Source: Terriglobia bacterium | GTDB taxonomy: Bacteria; Acidobacteriota; Terriglobia; 20CM-2-55-15 | Direction of reading: 5' to 3' | Length of the DNA: 64,000 bases | Assembly (NCBI GenBank): GCA_965218585.1 | Contig: CBDCLE010000019.1 | Span: forward strand, 133,603-197,602 | Part shown: piece after piece, positions 50,292 to 61,633 of the stretch | Layout: the number at the start of each line of letters is the position of its first letter | Numbering within the stretch: position 1 is the first letter of the stretch | Position numbers and translations under genes: made by a program | Notes under the pieces: generated by a model | The model's input: only the letters and a program-made list of their open reading frames with translations | The model's database searches: none | What the model was told of the DNA's origin: nothing

Positions 50292-52838
50292 CGATGCCTC
50301 GCCGCAGTGTGCTGACGCCCGCCGAGCGCACCTCGCTTCTTGCCTTTCCGACCACCAACGATGAGCTGATCCGTCACTATACTTTCTCCGAATTCGACTT
50401 GGCGTCGATCCGGCAACGACGCGGCAATCACAACCGGCTCGGCTTCGCCGTGCAGTTGTGCTACCTGCGCTACCCGGGCTTCGCCCTACCGACTCAAGGC
50501 GAGCCGCCCGCGGCCTTGCTGGCCTTTATCGGACGGCAATTGCACATCGAGTCGGACAGCTGGCCGCAGTACGCAAAGCGTCCGGAAACCCGCCGGGAGC
50601 ACCTAGCAGAATTGCAGGCGTGGCTGAACCTGACGACATTCAGCGCAGCCGATCACCGACGCTTCGTTGAGCCGCTTGTCGGACCGGCTCAACAGACCGA
50701 CCGCGGCATCGTCCTCGCTGAAGCTTTAGTCGAGAGGCTGCGGCGGCAGCGCATCATCCTACCGACACTCGACGTCATCGAGCGCGTTTTGAGCGAAGCG
50801 CTGACGCGCGGGACGCGTGTGGTGTATGAGGCGCTGACCGCCCCTCTCAGCGATCCTCATCGTCGGGCCCTCGATGCGCTGCTGAGCGTGCGAGAAGGCG
50901 GCATGGGAAGTGGACTGGTTTGGCTTCGCCAGCCGCCCGGTCCGCCAAGACCGAAGCACATCCTGGTCCACCTAGAGCGACTAAAGGCTATCCGCGAGCT
51001 TGGATTGCCGGAGGGCTTGGAGCACACCGTCCACCAGAACCGCCTAATGAAACTGGCTCGCGAAGGCGGCCAGATGACCGCCCAGCATCTACGCGACCTA
51101 GAGAGCAAGCGGCGCTACGCCACCCTGACGGCGCTCCTGCTCGACACTCGCGCCACATTGATCGACGAGGTCATCGATCTGCACGACCGCCTCATCGGCA
51201 CGCTGTTCAACCGCGCCAAGCGCCGCCACGCCGATCGCTTCCAACAGTCCGGCAAGGCAATCAATGACAAGGTCCGCCTGTATTCACGCATCGGCCGGGC
51301 CTTGCTGGAGGCCAAGCAAACGGGCGGTGACCCGTTCGCCGCCATCGAGACGATTCTGCCGTGGGAGGTGTTCAGCGAGAGCGTCACCGAAGCGGAGAAG
51401 CTGGCGCAGCCGGAGGACTTCGACTACTTACCGTTGGTCGGCGACAGCTTCAACCAGATCCGGCGCTACACGCCGGCACTGCTGGAGGCGCTCAGCATGA
51501 AGGCTGCGCCGGCGGCAGGCGACGTGATGAGAGCGGTGGAGGTGCTCAAAGACATGAACAAGCGACAAGTGCGCAAAGTACCAGACGACGCGCCGACGTC
51601 CTTCGTTCGCAAGCGCTGGAGAAGTCAGGTGCATACGCTGGACGGTTTGGATCGCCGGTTCTACGAGCTATGCGTGCTCTCGGAACTCAAGAATTCGCTG
51701 CGCTCCGGCGATGTTTGGGTGCAGGGCTCGCGCCAGTTCAAGGACTTCGAGGAGTACCTGTTGCCGCCGTCGCGTTTCTCGGCACAGCGTGAACAGCAAG
51801 CCCTGGGCCTGGCGGTGGAGACCGACTGTGAGCGGTTCTTGGAGGCGCGGCTGGCCGTGCTGGAGCGCGAGCTGCAAACGGTGGAAAGGCTCGCGGCGCA
51901 GGACGAGTTGCCGGATGCGTCCATCATCGGTACGGACCTCAAGCTCACCCCGCTCGACAGCGCTGTGCCGCCGGAAGCCGACGCGCTGACGCGCCGAGCG
52001 TACGGGATGTTGCCCCATTTGAAAATCACCGAGCTGCTCCTGGAAGTGGACGACTGGACCGGCTTTACCCGTCATTTCACGCACCTCAAAAGCGGCAGGA
52101 CGACCGAAGACAAGAGCTTATTGCTGACGGCTGTGCTCGCCGATGCGATCAACCTGGGGTTGACAAAAATGGCGGAATCCTGCCCCGGCTATACCTACGC
52201 CAAACTCTCGTGGTTGCAGTCCTGGCACATCCGAGATGAAACCTATTCGTCCGCGCTGGCCGAGTTGGTCAACGCGCAGTACCGCCAGCCCTTCGCCTTG
52301 TGGTGGGGCGAAGGCGCAACCTCCTCGTCGGACGGCCAAAACTTCAAAGCTGGGGGCCGCGGTCAGTTCGCCGGCCAAATGAATCCAAAGTACGGCTTGG
52401 AACCGGGCGTGCAGTTCTACACCCACGTCTCCGACCAGTACGCGCCCTTCCACACCAAAGTCATCAACGCCACGGTGCGCGACGCGACTCATGTGCTGGA
52501 CGGCCTGCTCTACCACGAGTCCGATCTACGCATCGAAGAGCACTACACTGACACGACCGGCTTCACCAATCATGTGTTCGCACTGATGCATCTGCTGGGC
52601 TTCCGCTTCGCGCCGCGCATCCGTGACCTTGGCGACAAGCGCTTGTATATCCACGGCAACCCGACGCGCTACCCGACGCTCGCTGGGCTGATTGGTGGCA
52701 GCGTCAACGTCAAACGGATCCGCACCCACTGGGATGACATCTTGCGACTCGCAGCGTCGATCCAGCAAGGGACGGTAACGGCCTCGTTGATGCTGCGCAA
52801 GCTCGGCAGTTACCCGCGTCAGAACGGCTTGGCACTAG

Positions 52839-54575
52839 CCCGCATGTTTCACCAGTCCGGCGATCAGGGGGATTTGGGCAGTAAGAATCGGATTCGGGAG
52901 GATCTGGGTTCGAATTGGGCATGTGTGGCGTGACTCGGCGGTGTCGACAAGCGGGAGTTGCTGCGTTTTCGGGTTCAGAAGAGGGTGACGAAACGCACTG
53001 AGACAAACCTCGGCGGAGCCGAAAAGAGCGAGTCGATTTTGGCGCAGGGGATCGGGTCGGTTCTCAGCAGCGCAGAGGAAGCGCCTGCAGGTTTCGATGG
53101 ACGAGGGCAAAGACCTCGGCGTAGGGATAGGCTTCCGACATGGAGATCCAGATGTTGCGAACCGTCAGACGGACTTGAGCTCCGATCTTGAGGAGCTTCA
53201 AGCGGATCGTCTGGCACTGAGCGCGGGCCAGATCGGTATTCTTCAGTCCCAGACGGCGTAACGCGTGCAGGAGCATGTAGGCGGCCGAGGACAGATAGAG
53301 CCGGAGTTGATTGGCGCGCATGGTTGCCGCGCTGGTCCGGTCGGCGAATAGATCCAACTGCTGTTCCTTGATGCGATTTTCCATGTCGCCCCGCGCACAG
53401 TAAAAGTCTTCATAGAGGGCGCGGGCGTCCAGGCGTTCCGGCGACAGTGAGGTCACAACGAATCGAGGATTGGCGCCTTTCTCCAGGAACTCGGCCTTGC
53501 CGATGACGCGTCGGGTGCAGGTCCAGCTCTTCCGAGTGCGATACCGGAAATCGTTAAACACCCGCGCCGGTTTCCCGGTGTCGTTAAACTCGGCTTCGGC
53601 CTGACTCATCGATTCAGCGATCTCGCGCTTGAGCCGATCGTTCTTGGCCAGACCCACCACGTAATCGACCTGGTGGGCCTCGCACCAACTCAGCAATTCA
53701 TCCCGGCAAAAGCCCGAGTCGGCCCGGATGATAATCGACACCTCCGGCCAGCTCTGCCGGATCTGGCCGATGATGCGGTTCAATTCCTCGACGGCGCCGT
53801 CCGCACCGTCGACATTGGAGCACCGCAACCGGGCGCATAGCAGATGCTCTCCCGAAAAGATGTAGAGCGGCAGATAACAGTAGTTGCCGTAGTAGCCGTG
53901 AAAGAACCGTCCTTCCTGATGGCCATGGATCGGATCATCGGTCGCATCCAGGTCCAGAACAATCTCCTCGGGCGCCGATCCGTGAGCCGCCACAAATGCA
54001 TCCACCATCCAGCGGTCGATCTTGTCCGGGTCCATGGCAATCTTCTTGTACCGCTCCTTCCCATCGACTTGCTCCCCGGTCAGTTCCAACCGGTTCAGCG
54101 TACACTTGCCCGCCAACGCTTTTCCCCGGTCTCGGGCCTGCCGCCGCTTCTCCCCCAGTGGATCGGCCTTATCCACCGCCACGGCCAGCATCGGATCGGT
54201 CCGCAGTTGGTCATGATCGTTCAGATCCTCGTAGCCCAGACAGAGTCCGTAGACGCGCTGCCCCAATAACTCGCTCACCGTGTGTTCGATCAACCTCGCG
54301 TCCCGGTAATCCCTGAAACACTCGGCCAGTCCGGCGATCAGACCCGTTCGCTTTTCCACTTCCCTCAACAGCAGAACCCCAGCGTCGGAGGTGATCTTTC
54401 CGCCGTCAAAACGCGCCTTCACTTTTCGTTGAAGAAGTCCGTGAAATTCGAACGTCGTTTGGTTACACTCTGTTCTCATAAGGGCCGTCTCCGTTTGGCT
54501 TGTTAAACGTTTATTTCAAAACGCTTTATGCCAGACAGGGCGGCCTTTTCTGGTCCTATCGGTGAAATATGCGGG
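52839..54575 (-). mobile_element. Complete IS1380-family element with CTAG duplication
   Basis: IRs CCCGCATGTTTCACC and (rc) CCCGCATATTTCACC; CTAG at 52835 and 54576. Confidence 0.92.
53064..54479 (-). CDS. IS1380-family transposase
   Basis: FDGGKITSDAG, GYEDLNDH, LDLDATDD, RADSGF, YCARGDMENRIKE. Confidence 0.95.
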   Translation of the reverse strand: MRTECNQTTFEFHGLLQRKVKARFDGGKITSDAGVLLLREVEKRTGLIAGLAECFRDYRDARLIEHTVSELLGQRVYGLCLGYEDLNDHDQLRTDPMLAVAVDKADPLGEKRRQARDRGKALAGKCTLNRLELTGEQVDGKERYKKIAMDPDKIDRWMVDAFVAAHGSAPEEIVLDLDATDDPIHGHQEGRFFHGYYGNYCYLPLYIFSGEHLLCARLRCSNVDGADGAVEELNRIIGQIRQSWPEVSIIIRADSGFCRDELLSWCEAHQVDYVVGLAKNDRLKREIAESMSQAEAEFNDTGKPARVFNDFRYRTRKSWTCTRRVIGKAEFLEKGANPRFVVTSLSPERLDARALYEDFYCARGDMENRIKEQQLDLFADRTSAATMRANQLRLYLSSAAYMLLHALRRLGLKNTDLARAQCQTIRLKLLKIGAQVRLTVRNIWISMSEAYPYAEVFALVHRNLQALPLRC

Positions 54576-54998
54576 CTAGCGCTGCGCGAACTCGGCCGCA
54601 TCGAGCGCACCCTGTTCACGCTCGACTGGCTGCAAAACATCGAGTTGCACCGCCGGGTACAGATCGGTTTGAACAAGGGCGAGGCCAAGAATGCGCTGGC
54701 CCGCGCCGTGTTCTTCAACCAGTTGGGTGAACTGCGCGACCGCAACTTCGAGAACCAGCGCTACCGTGCCAGCGGACTCAACCTGGTGGTCGCCGCCATC
54801 GTGCTCTGGAACACGGCTTACCTGGAACGGGTGGTGCAAGCGTTGCGGGACGCCGGAAACGCGGACGACAGCCTGCTGCCTCATCTGTCGCCACTGGGCT
54901 GGGAGCACATCAACCTGACGGGAAACTACAGCTGGCAGCAGAACAAGCAAGTCGAACAGGGTAACTTCCGGCCCTTACCGTCGCTCAATCAGCCTTAG

Positions 54999-55355
54999 AC
55001 ACCATGGATTGACCTGCCCTGGCCTCGTACGCGTGGGTTATGTTGCGGGGCGAGGAACCTTCGACACAGAGCCACAACGAGGAGGGCAGGTCATGAACAA
55101 GTGTAGTGCATACGTTGGACTGGACGTTCACAAGGACACGATCGCGGTGGCGGTAGCGCTGCCCGGACGTGAGGCGCCGGTGTACCGGGGCGAGATCAAG
55201 AATCAACGCAAATCGCTGCTGCGACTCATTCGCAGCCTGAGTCCGCACGCAGAGGTGTTGAGCTTCTGCTACGAGGCGGGACCGTGCGGGTATGGGGTGT
55301 ATCGAGAGATCATCGACACCGGCCACTATTGCGAGGTGGTCGCGCCGAGCCTGAT
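54999..55355 (+). mobile_element. Second IS110 copy (left end plus 5' of the recombinase gene), truncated by IS256
   Basis: Appears identical to the reverse complement of ~49170-49526; begins right after CTTAG at the tnpA stop. Confidence 0.9.
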
Positions 55356-55390
55356 GGCTCTTGTCAAGAAAGTTGTGTTTGAGGAGGGGA

Positions 55391-56632
55391 TCATAAGTCC
55401 TCCTCAAAGCGGGATTGGAACATGGCGTTGAGCTGATGAAGAGCGGAATGGATGGAAGTGGCCGGAGATTTCCAACGGCCGTTGTGGAGGTGAGAGACGG
55501 CCAAGCCGAGTTTGAACTTGAGGGTGTCTTCGGAGTGAAAGTAGCCGCCCGAATTGCGGCGCATAATTTCCAGTTGTCCGTTGACGGCCTCGACGAGGTT
55601 GGTGGTGGAAAACGATTTGCGCATGAGGTCGGGATACTTGAGGAAGGCGAGATAGTGAGTCCGTTTCTTGCGGAGCCCCGCGATCCAGGAGGGATAGTGC
55701 TGGGCGAAGCGGTCACAGAGTTCCTCGAACCCTTGGTTGCCGACATCCTCACACCAGGAGGACTTGATGGCACGGAAGCGTTGCTGAAACTCGGCGGCGT
55801 CGGATTTGGAGAGATGGCTCTTAGCATTGCGCTGCATGTGGACGGTACAGAGCTGGATATCAGCATTGGGAAAGAAGCCTTCGCTGACCTTGAGAAGGCC
55901 GGAGAAATCGTCCTGGACGAAGATCATGACGCGTCGGAGACCGCGCTCGATCAGAGAGCGGAGAACCCCCTTCCAGTCTTCGAGATTCTCGCGGCCGGGT
56001 TTGGCAATGCAGGCCAGGACACGCTTCTTGCCGTCGCGGCCTAGACCCACCACCAGGTAGATACAGGCCGGACGCAGCCGGTCGCCGTCGCGGAGTTCGA
56101 CGTACTTGCCATCCACGAATAGGGCCAGCAGATCCGTGTCCAGTGGCCGGCTGTTGCCAAGATCGAGTTCTTCGATCAGGCCCGACGCCACCCGTTCCAG
56201 ATCCTGTTGGGACCCGGACAGGCCCATCTTCTGAAGCGCCTCCCGGGCCGCATTGACCGAACGGGATGAGGCCAGCAGTCCCAGCAAGATGGACTCGACT
56301 TCTTCAGGGTAGCCGCGCTGATACGGGGATGGTAGGTTCGCGGGACGGAAATCCCCGTTACGGGTTCGAGGGACACGGATATCGATCGGAACGCTGCCCA
56401 CTTGGAGGGAGCGATCGTAAAAACCATTGGGACGGTCGTCGGGGCGGTGTTCAAGATGCAGGTCCCGTTCGGCCACACTGAGGCCCGACAACAGGGTCCC
56501 CAGTACCTCGCGCAGGCTCAGATCGGCCAGCCCGGAGGCCAGCAGGGTCTGGATCTGTGTTTTTGTGGATTCAGAAATCTGTTCTGATGGTACGCTTTCA
56601 TTCGGATCTGTAGACATTGGGTTCAACTCCAT
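55391..56632 (-). CDS. IS256-family transposase
   Basis: NGFYDR, VPRTR, FVDG, VQDD, QLCTVH, STTNLVE. Confidence 0.9.
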   Translation of the reverse strand: MELNPMSTDPNESVPSEQISESTKTQIQTLLASGLADLSLREVLGTLLSGLSVAERDLHLEHRPDDRPNGFYDRSLQVGSVPIDIRVPRTRNGDFRPANLPSPYQRGYPEEVESILLGLLASSRSVNAAREALQKMGLSGSQQDLERVASGLIEELDLGNSRPLDTDLLALFVDGKYVELRDGDRLRPACIYLVVGLGRDGKKRVLACIAKPGRENLEDWKGVLRSLIERGLRRVMIFVQDDFSGLLKVSEGFFPNADIQLCTVHMQRNAKSHLSKSDAAEFQQRFRAIKSSWCEDVGNQGFEELCDRFAQHYPSWIAGLRKKRTHYLAFLKYPDLMRKSFSTTNLVEAVNGQLEIMRRNSGGYFHSEDTLKFKLGLAVSHLHNGRWKSPATSIHSALHQLNAMFQSRFEEDL

Positions 56633-56706
56633 AACTGAATAACTGATGACTCAGGTCTAGGGCTCCAGCGTGAACTGGAGCCCGCTTCAATTTCAGCGGG
56701 CGACGG

Positions 56707-56827
56707 GGGCTGTGGAAACTGCCGGGCCTATGGAAATCGGGGGAATCGGTCGCCTTCGGCGGCTTCTTCTTGATGATTTCCACAGGCCCTTGGAACACCT
56801 CCGGCGTCCGCACAGTTCCCACAGCCC
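56707..56827. repeat. Nested hairpin inside the IS256 upstream non-coding end
   Basis: GGGCTGTGGAAACTG/CAGTTCCCACAGCCC encloses GGGCCTATGGAAATC/GATTTCCACAGGCCC. Confidence 0.7.
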
Positions 56828-56891
56828 GGACGACGAATCTATCATTCTCTCTCAACTGGAAATCACGAAACACAACTTTTACGTTACTCCC

Positions 56892-58269
56892 ACCAACTGC
56901 GGACCGATCCGATGCTGGCCGTGGCGGTGGATAAGGCCGATCCACTGGGGGAGAAGCGGCGGCAGGCCCGAGACCGGGGAAAAGCGTTGGCGGGCAAGTG
57001 TACGCTGAACCGGTTGGAACTGACCGGGGAGCAAGTCGATGGGAAGGAGCGGTACAAGAAGATTGCCATGGACCCGGACAAGATCGACCGCTGGATGGTG
57101 GATTGCATTTGTGGCGGCTCACGGATCGGCGCCCGAGGAGATTGGTTCTGGACCTGGATGCGGACCGATGATCCGATCCATGGCCATCAGGAAGGACGGT
57201 TCTTTCACGGCTACTACGGCAACTACTGTTATCTGCCGCTCTACATCTTTTCGGGAGAGCATCTGCTATGCGCCCGGTTGCGGTGCTCCAATGTCGACGG
57301 TGCGGACGGCGCCGTCGAGGAATTGAACCGCATCATCGGCCAGATCCGGCAGAGCTGGCCGGAGGTGTCGATTATCATCCGGGCCGACTCGGGCTTTTGC
57401 CGGGATGAATTGCTGAGTTGGTGCGAGGCCCACCAGGTCGATTACGTGGGTGGGTCTGGCCAAGAACGATCGGCTCAAGCGCGAGATCGCTGAATCGATG
57501 AGTCAGGCCGAAGCCGAGTTTAACGACACCGGGAAACCGGCGCGGGTGTTTAACGATTTCCGGTATCGCACTCGGAAGAGCTGGACCTGCACCCCGACGC
57601 GTCATCGGCAAGGCCGAGTTCCTGGAGAAAGGCGCCAATCCTCGATTCGTTGTGACCTCACTGTCGCCGGAACGCCTGGACGCCCGCGCCCTCTATGAAG
57701 ACTTTTACTGTGCGCGGGGCGACATGGAAAATCGCATCAAGGAACAGCAGTTGGATCTATTCGCCGACCGGACCAGCGCGGCAACCATGCGCGCCAATCA
57801 ACTCCGGCTCTATCTGTCCTCGGCCGCCTACATGCTCCTGCACGCGTTACGCCGTCTGGGACTGAAGAATACCGATCTGGCCCGCGCTCAGTGCCAGACG
57901 ATCCGCTTGAAGCTCCTCAAGATCGGAGCTCAAGTCCGTCTGACGGTTCGCAACATCTGGATCTCCATGTCGGAAGCCTATCCCTACGCCGAGGTCTTTG
58001 CCCTCGTCCATCGAAACCTGCAGGCGCTTCCTCTGCGCTGCTGAGAACCGACCCGATCCCCTGCGCCAAAATCGACTCGCTCTTTTCGGCTCCGCCGAGG
58101 TTTGTCTCAGTGCGTTTCGTCACCCTCTTCTGAACCCGAAAACGCAGCAACTCCCGCTTGTCGACACCGGCGAGTCACGCCACACATGCCCAATTCGAAC
58201 CCAGATCCTCCCGAATCCGATTCTTACTGCCCAAATCCCCCTGATTGCCGGACTGGTGAAACATGCGGG
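56892..58269 (+). mobile_element. 5'-truncated, frameshifted second IS1380 copy, inverted relative to the first
   Basis: Near-identical to the reverse complement of 52839-~54211; ends GGTGAAACATGCGGG then CTAG. Confidence 0.9.
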
Positions 58270-58330
58270 CTAGTTAATCAAGGGACCGGAATTCGAAATT
58301 CTCTGTCGGGAACTTTCTAACGAGGCATTC

Positions 58331-59546
58331 ATGAAGCAGTCCGTAGACGTCACAGCCCGCCGAAAGTTCCTTCGGTTTCTGGCAGCAAGTCCGCTGCTTG
58401 CGCTGGGGACTCCCGGCTTTCCCGGGCCCCTGGCGAGGGCCTTTCAGGCGACGGCCCTGATCTCCGATCCTGGAGACGCGCTGAACGTTTTCGATTTCGA
58501 AGCGATCGTTCGCGAGACCATGCCACCGGCCCATTACGGGTATATGGTATCGGGATCCGATGATGACTTTTCGCTGGAAGCCAACCGGGATGGATTCACG
58601 AGGTTTGCGATCCGCCCGCGCAGGCTCATCAACGTGAGTCAGATCGACACTTCTCTACAGCTTTTCGGACAGCGTTTCCCGAGTCCGATCTTTCTGGACC
58701 CGCTGGGCGGTCAACGCATGTTCCACCCCGATGGCGAGCTGGCAGCCGCGCGTGCGGCCCGGGTCAACGGCCACCTTCAGATCCTTTCGACGATGAGCGG
58801 ACACTCCGTGGAGGACGTGACCGAGGCGCGCGGAGGTCCGGTCTGGTTCCAGCTGTATCCCCAAGGGAGTATTCGCGTCGCGCGTGCACTGGTTGAACGT
58901 GCCGAAGCCGCGGGCAGTGACGTCATTGTCCTGACGATCGACCTGCTCGCCGGCCGCAACATGGAAACCAGCGAGCGTTTCGCACGGCTGGACACGCGTG
59001 ACTGCAACAGTTGTCACGATCCAGAAAACCCTTTCTCCATGAAACCTATGATTACGGGTTTGCCAGCCGATGTTGCTGCCACGATGGGTCCCAATACCGG
59101 AGTGGATTGGGATTTCGTTCGCCAGCTGCGAGACTTCGTCCGGGGGCGTCTGTTGATCAAGGGTGTGGAGTCTGCCCAAGACGCCGCGCTTGCGATTGAG
59201 AACGGATTCGACGGAGTGATCGTGTCGAACCATGGAGGGCGTGGGGCTCAGACCGGCAGGGGAACGATCGAATCTCTTCCTGAAGTCGTGGATGCTGTGG
59301 ACGGGCCGCGTCCCCGTGTTGATCGATGGCGGTTTCCGGCGTGGGACCGACGTGTTCAAGGCTCTGGCGCTGGGCGCGAGGGCGGTTGGCATCGGAAGAC
59401 CCTACGTCTGGGGAATGGGCGCCTTCGGTCAACCAGGCGTCGAACGTGTTCTGGAGATAATGGACAGGGAACTGGTACGAACGATGCGTCAGGCCGGCGT
59501 GACGTCCCTCGGCCAGATCGATTCCGACTACGTGACCCTTCGGTGA
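58331..59546 (+). CDS. FMN-dependent alpha-hydroxy acid oxidase/dehydrogenase with Tat-like leader; frameshift near 59305
   Basis: RRKFL leader, WFQLY, LTID, IKG, VSNHGGR, then IDGGFRRGTDVFKALALGA. Confidence 0.88.
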
Positions 59547-59559
59547 TCCTCGTCGCCTC

Positions 59560-59931
59560 TTATTCCGAGGGACGGAATGGCTGGCCCTGGGTGGCGAGTT
59601 TCGCCTCAAGCTCGGCAGTGCAGTCGCACGAGCCGCAAGACCAGGGATCGTCGCCGTTTAGGTCGTGGCACTTGCTGCGTGCGTGAGCGTCCTGGACCTT
59701 CAGGAGTTCGAAGTATTCTTCCCAGTAAGGGCGTTCTTCGTCGAGTGGTGTCGGGCAGTAACAGACCTCGACCCATTGCACGCGTCCATCGTCGTGTTCG
59801 CGGGCGTCGCCCATGTTCCGCAGATACTCACGGCCGGCAATCGACCCCCTGCCGAGAGTTCCTTGATCGATAGCTCTGGCCAGCGCCTTCGGCTTCCCCG
59901 GCTTGACCTTGGCTGTAACGAGGTATCGCAC
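59560..59931 (-). CDS. Hypothetical Cys-rich protein (123 aa)
   Basis: Clean ORF with EVCYC, C and CxxCxC; no family recognised with confidence. Confidence 0.65.
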   Translation of the reverse strand: MRYLVTAKVKPGKPKALARAIDQGTLGRGSIAGREYLRNMGDAREHDDGRVQWVEVCYCPTPLDEERPYWEEYFELLKVQDAHARSKCHDLNGDDPWSCGSCDCTAELEAKLATQGQPFRPSE

Positions 59932-60091
59932 GAGAACATTTTACGACGGAACTCAAGGTAAACGGTAAACCACTTGTTCTAAACCGGGAAGCGAGGGAAA
60001 GTCGGGCCTCCGAGTCGTGAAGAGATCGAGAGCGGCCGCCTGATGACTTTTACAGACCTTTTGTGACGGGTTCGTTAGTCTTCACTCAGGT

Positions 60092-61610
60092 TCAACGCGA
60101 AGAAATATCGATCAATCTGTTCAGTTCCGTATTCATTTCCCGAACAATAGCATCGGATCCGTCTTCGGCAATGATATTGCTTAACTCATACGGATCCGCC
60201 TGGATGTCGTAGAGTTCATCAACACCTTCCAGATCTTCATAGCGAATGTATTTATAACGATCCGTACGAACCGCTTTATAGCCCATCTGATACATACGCT
60301 CGAAAACCGTATCGGTGTAGTACTCAACCATGAAGGAATCCCGCCAGTTATCCACTTCTCCTTCGGTAAGAAGCGGAACTAATGAACGGCCATGGCGAAC
60401 TTTTTCAATGTCCAATCCTGCAAATTCAATCAATGTCGGCGCAAGGTCCAGTGTCAACGCCATCTGATCGACCCGGCTCCCTGGGGCAATCCTTCCGGGA
60501 TATCGCATCAACATCGGAATTCTGATGCCTTCTTCATAAGCCATTCTTCTTTCCGCACCCAGTGCATGTTCGCCGTACCAGTAACCATGATCACTGGTCA
60601 CAACAACAAGCGTATCGTCGAGCTGACCCAGCTCTTCCAATCTGGAAAGCATCGTGCCGAGCCCCTCATCAATCGCCATCAACATTTCCTGGCGGTCACG
60701 AATGATATTGTCCGCGGTAACTGTTGCCGCACTTAAGGTCGGAACATTCTCAATATCTCGCATCAGGGCAGGTTTGTCTGTAGGCACAATACCGAAATTG
60801 GGTCTACGAGGAGGGGCCGCATCTGCATACATGCCGACGTTGGCGATCGGCAGCTATGAAACCACTGCTGGCTTGACCTTCAGGTGCACCCGCTGCACTG
60901 CCATCAAGTCCTATCGCAGTGCCATCATCGGCCTGAAAGATATTCGGATGAAGACCTTTATGAGAAAGATAAAGCAAAAAGGGCGCGTCTCGATCTTCAT
61001 TGATGAAATCAATAGCCTCATCATGCAGAATGTCGGTCACATACCCGATGATTTGCCGTCTTTTTCCGTCAAAGTTAAGCATTGGATCGAGAGCTTCGCC
61101 TTGTCCTCTCATGCCTACCCATCTGGTGAACCCTGGTCGGGCAGTGTCATCGTTGCCCATATGCCATTTACCGATGAAAGCAGTCTCATAACCGCTTTCC
61201 TCTAAACGTTGAGGAAAGGTTTCAAGTTCATGGCTCCGTTCGTTGCGGGCAAGGTTATCGGTGATCCCATGATAATGAGCATGTTGACCGGTGAGAAGAG
61301 TCGCCCGGCTGGGTGAACACAGTGGGTTCACTGTAAATGAATTCGTAAATTGCGCACCCTCCCGTGCAAGCCTGTCAATGTTCGGGGTCTGGACATAGGG
61401 ATGGCCCGCCGCGCCAATTTCGTCCCAGCGCATGTCATCAACCAGCACAACAATCATGTTGGGTCTTTCGTCGTCTGACACGGATGATGGTTCTGCCGTC
61501 TCCGCATTGTCGTTGCCTGGTCCACACGCACTCATCGTAAAAAAACACAGGATCAAAAACGGCGACAATGCCCATTTGAGACAGTGGGTCTTTGAATGGT
61601 CTGCTTTCAA
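60092..61610 (-). CDS. Formylglycine-dependent sulfatase, lipoprotein; frameshift near 60840
   Basis: PNMIVVLVDD, LCSPSRATLLTG, GKWH, TSDHG, ELYDIQADPYE; lipobox MSAC. Confidence 0.9.
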
Positions 61611-61633
61611 TTCTCTTCCCCTTATATGGTCAA

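Larger units (their letters stand above)
47859..54998 (+). mobile_element. Tn3-family (Tn21/Tn501-like) transposon: IR-res-tnpR-tnpA-IR, no passenger gene, both IRs interrupted by IS110
   Basis: 47859-47893 plus 49529-49531 rebuild the 38-bp IR GGGGTCACCTCACGAAACGGAAAAAATCGTACGCTAAG; tnpA ends in CTTAG, the inner end of the other IR. Confidence 0.9.
50294..54998 (+). pseudogene. tnpA: Tn3-family transposase interrupted by IS1380
   Basis: MPRRSVL...SSSDGQ...HYTDT...YPRQNGLAL, then IS1380, then [13 protein letters not shown]...LNKGE...[14 protein letters not shown]. Confidence 0.93.
55356..56891 (-). mobile_element. Second, different IS256-family element with no target duplication
   Basis: Ends GGCTCTTGTCAAGAAAGTTGTGTTT and (rc) GGGAGTAACGTAAAAGTTGTGTTT; flanks differ. 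Confidence 0.82.

Noticed and set aside
54528-54998. Separate 156-aa gene
   Set aside because: It is the tnpA C-terminus cut off by IS1380, with a start borrowed from the IS end
59985-60060. GAAA and CTGATGA motifs suggesting a hammerhead ribozyme, or an RNase P-like GAAAGTC start
   Set aside because: The required stems do not pair properly and the interval is far too short for RNase P RNA
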